Shown here one piece after another: positions 1 to 10,600 of a DNA stretch of 64,000 bases. Location: contig NIVC01000503.1 of assembly GCA_002269645.1 (NCBI GenBank), forward strand, positions 32,168 to 96,167, in the 5' to 3' direction. A program made the translations under genes and the position numbers. A model generated the notes under the pieces. That model saw only the letters and a list, made by a program, of their open reading frames with translations, had not been told where the DNA came from and ran no database searches. How positions within the stretch are numbered: position 1 is the stretch's first letter; each line of letters begins with the position of its first letter. This DNA comes from Macrostomum lignano. Taxonomy: Eukaryota.

Positions 1-719
1 ATTGTGGCATTTTTGAGTTGCAGAAGCAAGCTTACTAAACAGGCCGAAGTGATTGGAATGTAAAATAGCTCGTAAAATTGAAGTTTCTGCTACAAACGAA
101 GCTCCGATGTAGCCCATAATGACTAAAAATTCACGAGATGGTTTTATTTATTACTTGTGGTTTCTGAAACAAAACTGTTCACTAATAGTCCTGTCGCTAT
201 CATACTTGGAATAAATGCTTCATCAAGTGTTGATTTTAGAGAACCTAGATTGAAGGCTATGCATGACTACATAATTTCTCATGCTGCATTTGCAGCATTG
301 CTTAATTTAAGGAGACATAAAGACAAGAAGAGCCTTGCTTACAGCACGAACTCCTAAAATAGTTTGTGTGCTTTATATTCAAACGTTTACAGCTTCGGCA
401 ACCGATAGGATAGGGCTGGATAATGAAACTTAAAAGCCGAACCATCCTGACTGAGGTCCAAGCAAACCCCAAAGCTCATCAGCCAATCCTGTGCTTAAAC
501 GGACAGTCAAGAATGGGGTGGTTTAACTTTCATTCCTTACTGTCCGTCCGTTTGAACGTTGGTCATTTCCCTCTCTCCCTCCGAAGGGCTCTTATTGGTC
601 TGTAGCTGGCTTATTCATCAAGGTCGAGGGTCTGAAATAGAGGGTCAACGTAAACATCTTCCTAATCACAAAAACAGACACCAATTCCCAACCTCAAACA
701 AGACTTTAACTTGAATTAG

Positions 720-1050
720 TTGGCCTCACAAGTTGGTTCTGCCAACTGGTTGTCCTTAACACGCCAGCATGCAGAAAAAAAGCCCCAAGCTAGTAGGCGT
801 TTCTACGTTGAAAGGATTATCAAGTGCACGAAAAGGAAGCTCTACATAAAGTGGAAAGGATATTCAAGGTGAGTTTCAAAAGACTTATTCACCACTGCAC
901 TCTATTTATTATATATACTAAGAGTTGTTTCCATACGGCCATATCGGTTCGGCTAATAAACAGTGCTTTCATATTTTAGCAATCAAAAGTCTTGGGAGCC
1001 ACGAAGCAACATACCAACAAGTGTGATTCAAAGTCTGCATTCATCTTGCG
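720..1050 (+). pseudogene. Spliced chromodomain-encoding exons (probable 5' part of a decayed element-derived gene)
   Basis: Exon ~720-868 reads RRFYVERIIKCTKRKLYIKWKGYS and ends AG|GTGAGT. Exon 980-1050 follows TTTTAG| and continues in phase as SNQKSWEPRSNIPTSV, ending G|GTAAG. The joined YVERI...KWKGY...SWEP..NI is the chromodomain signature. The 5' boundary is uncertain, and I found no open in-phase exon linking it to the exon at 2347. Confidence 0.7.
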
Positions 1051-1314
1051 GTAAGAATTTTTAGTCATCACGTGTAATAATCTTATTAAATAATTGACCG
1101 TCTAACTTGTGTCAGATAAAAACTGACAATCTAACTCTCTTTCAAAATCTACCAAACTCAAAACATTCCTGAAAAATGCTTCCCGCCGAACGAGCAGCAG
1201 AAAACGATGACGGTAGGAACTCCTGACTTAACTGTTACTTAGATGTATGCCACTTCATTCCGCAATCGAATCTTAAGGCACGATTTCATTCGAAAGCATT
1301 CCAATCTGAGAGGT

Positions 1315-2290
1315 GGGGTCCAGCTAAACCTTCATTGAATGTCGTTCACATTGACTGTGGGTGCTTCAAGCACCGACTGCCAAACATACTTTCAGACATG
1401 GGGTCCAGCTAAACCCTCATTGATTGTCGTTCACATTGAGTGTGGATGCTTCAAGCATCGACTGCCAAACATACTTTCAGACATGGGGTCCAGCTAAACC
1501 CTCATTGATTGTCGTTCACATTGAGTGTGGATGCTTCAAGCACCGACTGCCACATACTTTTAGACATGGGGTCCAGCTAAACCCTCATTGAATGTTTCAC
1601 ATTGACTGTGGGTGCTTCAAGCATCGACTGCCAAACATACTTTCAGACATGGGGTCCAGCTAAACCCTCATTGAATGTCGTTCACATTGACTGTGGGTGC
1701 TTCAAGCATCGACTGCCAAACATACTTTCAGACATGGGGTCCAGCTAAACCCTCATTGATTGTCGTTCACATTGAGTGTGGATGCTTCAAGCATCGACTG
1801 CCAAACATACTTTCAGACATGGGGTCCAGCTAAACCCTCATTGAATGTTTCACATTGACTGTGGGTGCTTCAAGCATCGACTGCCAAACATACTTTCAGA
1901 CATGGGGTCCAGCTAAACCCTCATTGATTGTCGTTCACATTGAGTGTGGATGCTTCAAGCATCGACTGCCAAACATACTTTCAGACATGGGGTCCAGCTA
2001 AACCCTCATTGAATGTCGTTCACATTGACTGTGGGTGCTTCAAGCATCGACTGCCAAACATACTTTCAGACATGGGGTCCAGCTAAACCCTCATTGAATG
2101 TCGTTCACATTGAGTGTGGATGCTTCAAGCACCGACTGCCAAACATACTTTCAGACATGGGGTCCAGCTAAACCCTCATTGAATGTCGTTCACATTGAGT
2201 ATAGATGCTTCAAGCACCGACTGCCAAACATACTTTCAGTCATGGGGTCCAGCTGAATCCTCATTGAGTCATAATATGTTTACATTGAGT
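1315..2290. repeat. 85/83-bp satellite array 1 (about 11 copies), intronic
   Basis: Monomer CATGGGGTCCAGCTAAACCCTCATTGA(A/T)TGTCGTTCACATTGA(C/G)TGTGG(G/A)TGCTTCAAGCA(T/C)CGACTGCCAAACATACTTTCAGA. Period measured 1397 to 1482; an 83-bp variant lacks 2 nt. Confidence 0.97.
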
Positions 2291-2346
2291 ATCAATGAGT
2301 ACATATGAGTACATTGAGTAGTTCATCAAAATTAATCATTGTGCAG

Positions 2347-5140
2347 ATGGGCAGCGACGTGACCATCCCACAAGCAGAGGGATCTTCTGCTGATGCTGAC
2401 GCTGGCGACAGCGAACCGTGTGCATCTCGCGATGAGTCGAGTGTAGAGAAGGCGGCTACGAAGAAGACGACTTCCGTTCATAAGTCGCGTGAACAGCTCT
2501 CAGCATCAGCCAGGGTGACGAGAGCTACTCAAGAGGCAGCGGCTGCTGGACAAACCCGGAAAAACCATCCTGGAGACAAGAAGAGCTCTCCTAGTACCTT
2601 GGCGCTCCAGTCATCGAAGGAGAATGCTATGGTTGAGGAATCCGACTCAAGTGCTGCTGATCTCATGATCACGTCATCTGCTAACAAAATACAAGACCGG
2701 AAACCGTCACCACAGCGTCAGCATTTTGAATCGGTGAGCATTGCTGAGTTGAGTTACACTAACGCTGGAAGAGTGCATTCGCTTTACTTAATGAATATCA
2801 TTTTTATTGGGCCAAAAAATGCTGCAGCTTTCAATGTCTTAGTTTCGATTGTAAAAAAGCAAACTTTATCATGACGTATGCCAAGTCAGCACAGTCAATC
2901 AAATTTCAGCATATTTGTCGCGGGTCCAGCTAAACCCTCATTGAATGTCGTTCACATTGACTGTGGGTGCTTCAAGCATCGACTGCCAAACATACTTTCA
3001 GACATGGGGTCCAGCTAAACCCTCATTGAATGTCGTTCACATTGACTGTGGGTGCTTCAAGCATCGACTGCCAAACATACTTTCAGACATGGGGTCCAGC
3101 TAAACCCTCATTGAATGTTTCACATTGACTGTGGGTGCTTCAAGCATCGACTGCCAAACATACTTTCAGACATGGGGTCCAGCTAAACCCTCATTGAATG
3201 TTTCACATTGACTGTGGGTGCTTCAAGCATCGACTGCCAAACATACTTTCAGACATGGGGTCCAGCTAAACCCTCATTGAATGTTTCACATTGACTGTGG
3301 GTGCTTCAAGCATCGACTGCCAAACATACTTTCAGACATGGGGTCCAGCTAAACCCTCATTGAATGTTTCACATTGACTGTGGGTGCTTCAAGCATCGAC
3401 TGCCAAACATACTTTCAGACATGGGGTCCAGCTAAACCCTCATTGAATGTCGTTCACATTGACTGTGGGTGCTTCAAGCATCGACTGCCAAACATACTTT
3501 CAGACATGGGGTCCAGCTAAACCCTCATTGAATGTTTCACATTGACTGTGGGTGCTTCAAGCACCGACTGCCAAACATACTTTAAGACATGGGGTCCAGC
3601 TAAACCCTCATTGATTGTCGTTCACATTGAGTGTGGATGCTTCAAGCATCGACTGCCAAACATACTTTCAGACATGGGGTCCAGCTAAACCCTCATTGAA
3701 TGTTTCACATTGAGTGTGGATGCTTCAAGCACCGACTGCCAAACATACTTTCAGACATGGGGTCCAGCTGAATCCTCATTGAGTCATAATATGTTTACAT
3801 TAGTTCATCAAAATCAATCATTGTGCAGATGGGCAGCGACGTGACCATCCCACAAGCAGAGGGATCTTCTGCTGATGCTGACGCTGGCGACAGCGAACCG
3901 TGTGCATCTCGCGATGAGTCGAGTGTAGAGAAGGCGGCTACGAAGAAGACGACTTCCGTTCATAAGTCGCGTGAACAGCTCTCAGCATCAGCCAGGGTGA
4001 CGATAGCTACTCAAGAGGCAGCGGCTGCTGGACAAACCCGGAAAAATCATCCTGGAGACAAGAAGAGCAGTCCTGGTGTCTTGGCGCTCCCGAATTCTTC
4101 ATCCGGACGTCCTCCCTTAAAGCAGTCTACGACGACGAATGTTCCGTTGACGAATGAAGTTTCGAATTCAAGGCTGTCTGCTCTTAGAAGTCGTGTTATG
4201 AATAAGTTGCGATTTGGTGGTGCTCGATTAAAAAAATTAAAAGTTGACTTAGATGACAGCAACGAAAGCGAAGAGAGTGATTTCGATGACGAAGTAGAGT
4301 TTGAGAAGGTGATGAATTCCTGTGTGGAAGAAAGTGCTGCCTTTGGCAATGTAGATGATGTGCCTGAATTCGACTTTGGTGACGTCGAGCTCGAGGAGTT
4401 GTCGTCGGATCTACATCCAGCTCTTCAAATGATTGCTGACGAAAATGAAAAATTGGAGTCGAATGCACAGAAGAAGATGAAGGGCCGATCATTTGAGAAT
4501 AAGCGTCATAATTGCGTTTTCTGTAATGAGCTGTTTTCTAAAATACGCCGGCATATTATTCGTTGTCATAGTGATCAACTGGACGTGCAGCGCGCGCTAT
4601 CTTATGGTTCTAATTCTAATGGTAAGCCTAAGTGAATATGCTTCTTACATCAAAACTGAATAAATAGTCCACTGGTTTTAGTATTTGGATATTTATAGTT
4701 TGATCTAAATGGTTAGGTTTTAGTTTTTTAAAATGAAAACTAATTCTTTCAAATTTTGTCTGAAGCAAGTCAGAATTTACTCGTGCTTCAGTTTGGCACA
4801 ATAGTTTTATTAGAACGCCTCTATATGTATGATTTAAACTGTCAGATCGATTGATTCTTTTTTGTTGTGATCGTAAAGATTTATATTTAATTGGCTGCCT
4901 TTTTTAATTTCTCTGTTAGGTTACAATCGGGAGATACACAGACTGCGACTTCTAGGCGATTTTCATCACAATATTGCTGTACTGAAGGATGAAAAGGACG
5001 GTAAAATTATTGTCTGTCGGGAGAAAAGCGTGACCATGGAGTCTACGGAAGTACACACCTATCTTCCTTGTGTTCACTGCTTTGGATTTTTTACGGACGT
5101 GAAATAAGTCGCCACTGAGACCGCTGCAAATTTAGATCTA
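2347..5140 (+). pseudogene. Decayed spliced gene: duplicated S/A-rich exon, acidic region, C2H2-like finger and HN...YLPC-x2-C region; resembles the N-terminal half of tyrosine-recombinase (Crypton-like) element proteins
   Basis: Exons: 2347-2733 (TGCAG|...TCG|GTGAG, phase 0-0), 3829-4621 (ends G|GTAAG) and 4920-~5140 (TTAG|), which splice in phase. Joined text: KRHNCVFCNELFSKIRRHIIRCHSDQLDVQRALSYGSNSNGYNREIHRLRLLGDFHHNIAVLKDEKDGKIIVCREKSVTMESTEVHTYLPCVHCFGFF. A frameshift in a T6 run (~5087-5092) then gives YGREISRH*DRC with an in-frame TGA. No recombinase catalytic domain follows. The family link is from recalled consensus, not a search. Confidence 0.6.
2922..3800. repeat. 85/83-bp satellite array 2 (about 10 copies), intronic
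   Basis: Same monomer as 1315-2290, and it ends in the same divergent terminal unit GGGGTCCAGCTGAATCCTCATTGAGTCATAATATGTTTACATT. Confidence 0.97.
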
Positions 5141-5431
5141 ACTGTTAAAACTGTTAAAAATCTTCGTTGCTCTAGATTTTTATATTGGTCCACAGTATAT
5201 TGGTCCACGTACACCATCATGTTCTAAAGGTCCGTTTAAACCTGGTCTACCTAACAACATAGTTCGAATAGTTTAATTTACTCGAATTGAAAACCTTTTG
5301 AAATTAAAAAGGCAACAGTATTTTCCAAGCGTCTCAAATTAAGCTGGTTCCCCGATTTTCTAACCATAACTAATTGGTCCACCTAACGCATTGTCAGAAC
5401 AACGGTCTATGTAACCACACATACACTAGTA

Positions 5432-5790
<359 letters not shown>

Positions 5791-6498
5791 AGACTTCTTC
5801 TACGATATTCAAACAGCATGGCAATTTTCTTTCTTGCTTAAAAGCACCCTGAACTGGAGGTATAAGTTTTATGGAGAATTTATAAAATAATTTCACTAGC
5901 TAGAAGACACTTTGCCACCTGTTCCTCATCATCTTGCGTGCGCAGGAAACCCATTAAAACTATTTTAAGTACTCACCTGTCTGCTCCTCGATTTAAGGAA
6001 AAATATTTCGTCGTCAAGTTGCTTAGTTCAGTTCCTGTTAGGATTCGAAAACATTTGTATCGATGAGGAATGGCTTTTTTGCATGGGCTTTTAGTCTTGT
6101 AAACCAGTTTGCTGTAGTAAATCGTCTGCAGTGCCAGTGCGGAACCCGTGTGCGAGAGAGAAAGACTTATAGAAGACACCACAGAGTGAATTGGGAATAA
6201 ATCAATCGATACGACGGACCAGAGCATTGAGAGCGGAGCGCTTCGCCGTGTGCACGTTTTTCCTTTCCTTTCCCCTTCTGGCCCCCTTCCCTCTTATTTC
6301 ATTTCTGGCCTCAGAAAAAAATCTTACTCTTACTCCAAGTGCAACGCGCACAGCAAACTGCCAGCTTTGTTCGAAAGAAATATAAGACTGTTGCCGCCCA
6401 ACATGCCGTTCCTTTCGTTGGTTTGAGCTGTGCAGTGTTCAGCAGTAGAATAGTTAGCTAGTTTACAAGCCATAGCTGTGTTAAATTTTAACTGCAGT

Positions 6499-6554
<56 letters not shown>

Positions 6555-6555
6555 T

Positions 6556-6619
<64 letters not shown>

Positions 6620-6647
6620 CTAGTTAGTTAGTTAGTTAGTTAGTTAT

Positions 6648-6701
<54 letters not shown>

Positions 6702-6702
6702 G

Positions 6703-6736
<34 letters not shown>

Positions 6737-6762
6737 CAGTTAGTTAGTTAGTTAGTTTAGTC

Positions 6763-6812
<50 letters not shown>
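6499..6812. repeat. (TTAG)n microsatellite
   Basis: About 310 bp of TTAG with few variants. Confidence 0.99.
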
Positions 6813-6815
<3 letters not shown>

Positions 6816-7610
6816 ACAAGCCGTAGCTGTGTTAAATTTAATCTGGAGTGAAGACAATGAGACAAATCGAACTCTACCGACCGACAAACCATTTTTAGTA
6901 TACGGATTAACAAAATTTGTTTGACGATACTCGTAATTGAGTAGTTTTTATTTTGTTTAGTTGATGCACAGCCATTCGAATCGATATGATTGGCTATAAT
7001 TGATTTTTAAACCTGTATATTTATATTATAAAAAAGTTAGATGTTTAGTACAATTAAAATTAAAGTTTTCCTCTTTGGCATGAAAATAAAGGGCTAGGGG
7101 TAGCGGAGATATTAAAATAACGATTTATAAAACTTGGCAATCTTCTATTTTTATTTTAAATTAATTGTATGTCGTGTAATTTTGTTATTAACAGCTATTT
7201 AGTTATAACTGTTCTTTCGTCTCAGATTGCCAAGCCTGAAAAAGTTTATGCTTGAGCTTTGAAAGGTAAGAGTACAGCAAAAACTTTTGTGCGAGCATAT
7301 TTAACTCTTCAGTTTTGATAAATCCAAAGCAAGGTACACTAAAAATTAGAACTTAATGGAAAGATGAAAAATTGTTTTCAAGTGGAGTCAACCTTCCAAC
7401 ATTAAGATATTGATTCGGCGTTCTGTAGAATTTTTTTCCAGTTTTACATCTTTCAGAGAAGTGAGTTTAAAATAATAAAAAAATCCTTTTTGTTAAAATT
7501 ATCAATAAGTCTGAAACATGCAATCGTAAGCAAACTATAGAATACAAAGTAGCAGTGAAGCAAAAAACAAACGTCAACAAATGTACTTTTAGCACTGCTG
7601 TCAATCAAAA

Positions 7611-10600
7611 TCAGTCTGTCTTCTCGCACAACAGCGCCGCTCCCATGTTGATCCAGAAGTCCTGCGGTTTGTCGCTCGGCAGAGGCACCGAGACAACAAA
7701 ATTTGTGGAATGGCCTGCAAAGTATTATTATTTGTTATTTAGACAATCAAGACCATTTATCTACTAGAAGTAGTCTACCGAATGAATCTATATTGTATTA
7801 AGCAAGCACTCACCGGTAGTGCTGAGCACACCAGCTCGGACCTTGGTCTTGTACAGCGGCGAGATGTAGTGAGACGGATCGGGTGTGAAGTCCATCTTGG
7901 GCTGCATGTGCAGCATCGGTAGCACGTCAAGCATGACGTTGTGATGCGACAGAGCGGCCTGTATGTGATGAAATTGAGGAACGTCAATTGACGTCAGTCA
8001 TCGAAATATCGAATCATACATTTTTCCAATGAGCCCCAAGCCAACTTCGGCCTTGGAATTTTTCACGGATACCTGGATTATTACGGTCCCTCACTGCATG
8101 TACTAGTATGAAATCGGGGTTAAGGAGTCAATCTCTCTTAAAACCGTCTTCGAAAAATGCTTCCAAAAATCCGAGCAATTACGCAAATTTTTCACTCAAA
8201 CTGAATTTTCATAGCTTTCAAAGCTTCAGAAATGTTTATTAGCTTTCTTAAAGGCTCTCAAAATTGAGTCAATCATTGAAGTCTCACCCGCATGGTCTCG
8301 CAGTCAAACCGGAAGCCGTCAGTGAACAGTCCGTGCACCAGAACTCCATCCTCTGGCCGTTCGATCTCCTGATCCTGAGGAATCTCTTCGCCGAATCCCA
8401 CAGTTTGCATCGCTTTGTTGACCTCCTCCTGGTCGCGGTAGACCGGCTTCACAATGAACTCGAACGACAAGTGATCGATAGGATAATTGTACTTCCTGGC
8501 GTAGTTCTGCAGGGTGCCAGTCAGGAAGCCTTGCGGGAAGAAAAAGCCAGGCAGCCAGAATGACTTCGGCATGCCCTGCGTCAGCCAGTAGTGCACGAAC
8601 CAACAACGCAGGATCAGATCCTTGATCCAGTTGGACAGAGTCTTCAGACTGGGATAGGCCACGTTGCTCCACAGCTTGGGCACCTGGTTGTTAATGAATG
8701 CCGTGTACACTGAGTCGAGCTCCTCCGACATTACAACGAAACCTTTGATGGCCTTCTTCAGCTGCTCCAACGAGGTCTGGAAAAAACGGAATTATAAGCG
8801 GTAAAATTGCTTCCTGATGCGACTAAATCTGCTATAAAACTTACCCTGATGACCGTCAACAGTCGGTTGTAGCGGTCAATCTCCTGAGTAAGCACGGTTG
8901 TCAAAGAGTTAAGCCGACCCTGCGAGTCCTCTTCAAACAGCTCAGGCTTGGCCAGATCCAAGTCGATCTTGGTCATGATCTTGCCAAGAATACTGTCGGC
9001 CAGCTCGTAGACAATCTCATCGTTCGACTTGCCGCCACCTCCAGACGCCACTCGAGGTTGGATCTCTAGGATTACCTCCACCATTGAGCGCGTCTCCTCG
9101 ATCTGTAGAGTGATTTTGGTTCATTTCAAGATACAAAGTATGTTATAAATCAAACAATTTTACCCTCAGAAAGATGTCATCTTGCCTTAATACGGCACCA
9201 GCGTAATTCAGCTACTATTTTACCTGGTAAGCCAAGTTAGCATTAGAATGAAGCCCGAAAATCTCGGGATCTTCAATCAGCGGCAGTTGATCAACGTAGT
9301 CTTTGTAGTCCTGCAGCGTGGGCTGGTCAGGTGGGTAGTACACTCCCGATGGCGAGTACTTGTAGCCAGGCTCCAGCGTTTTCGGGTGGAAGAACTGCGT
9401 CAGGATGGTGCGCAGGCAGCGCTGATCCCAGTTGTCTGTGACTCGGCCTCCGTAGGTGATCTGTTGGATTCCAAGTCAAATACGCTCGTAGTTATCATAA
9501 TTAGAATAAATCTGATTCGCATGCCTGAAAAATATATCATCTAAAAGCAGGAAGTTTACCTCGCCAGTGATGTAAATGAGCGCATCCCAGGGAATCTCTC
9601 CCTCGGCGCAGAACATCTTCAAGTTGAGCAGAGCGCACTGCCTGTCGGAATCGTTGAATTCGTAGCGGATGTTCCAGCCGAGCGGCCCGAACTTTTTACG
9701 CTCGAGAATGATGCCGTGGAAGAAGCAAATACCAAATACGATCTTCTTCCAGTCCGTTCCGAGGATGTTAGTCTCGAATTCTTCAGGGCTCATTTCGGCG
9801 AATGCTCGTTTGATGTTGTTTCTAAGTCCCTTTGGAGGCTCGTTGGTGACTTTCACCGAGTTCTGCAGCACGGAAACTGGGAAAGCCTTGGCGGGCATTG
9901 AGCTGAGGAACAAGCGGAAGTCCTGGTTAATGTCTTCTGGCTTCTCGGCCATATCCTTCACAATGTTCTCTAGCGACAACATCCAAGATGCGGCGAGATG
10001 GCAGTTCTGCAGGAAAACCCAGTCTCCCGACTTGACCGCAGCGCTGATAAGCTTTTCAGCGACCACTCCCTGACCCTGACCCAGCGAAATAGCGTGGTAC
10101 CTGTCGTCAAAGTTCTTTTCTTTGGCGAATCGCTGGAATGTATTCATTGGGTCGGAACCTGTGCTGAGTACAAAAACCAGCGGCGTTGTCTTGGACATGT
10201 CGGAGTAGAGAAGGTTAAGTTCGATCGATGGAGCCTCGACAAACTCTTTGCCGAGATTCTCCTTCACGAACTCGGTGATGGCTGGCACCACTTTCTGTTC
10301 CTGTAGCACCTTAATGAGCATCAGCTTCTGAAAGCTAGTCAACCGCTTGTCCCAGTGGCCACTGAAACGCTCAGCAACGCTTGGGTCGTCGCCGCGTGAC
10401 TTGGCAATGTCTGCGTCAGAAGGCTCAGTCGGTGTTGGTCCGAAGCCGCTGAAGTCGGCCGGGTTCCCCTCGCCGGTGACCTCTCCAATGGTCACGCGAA
10501 CCGGAGTTCGCAGCAGATCGGCCGTCAGGCTTCGGAAAATCGGGCTGAAGTCGGCCAGATCGATCACGTTCCGCCACACGGGATCGTTCATCCAAGTGAT

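Noticed and set aside
1315-3800. CRISPR-like appearance of regularly spaced palindromic repeats (also 30341-31747 and 38912-39380)
   Set aside because: The units are contiguous monomers with no unique spacers, there are no cas genes, and the context is eukaryotic and intronic.
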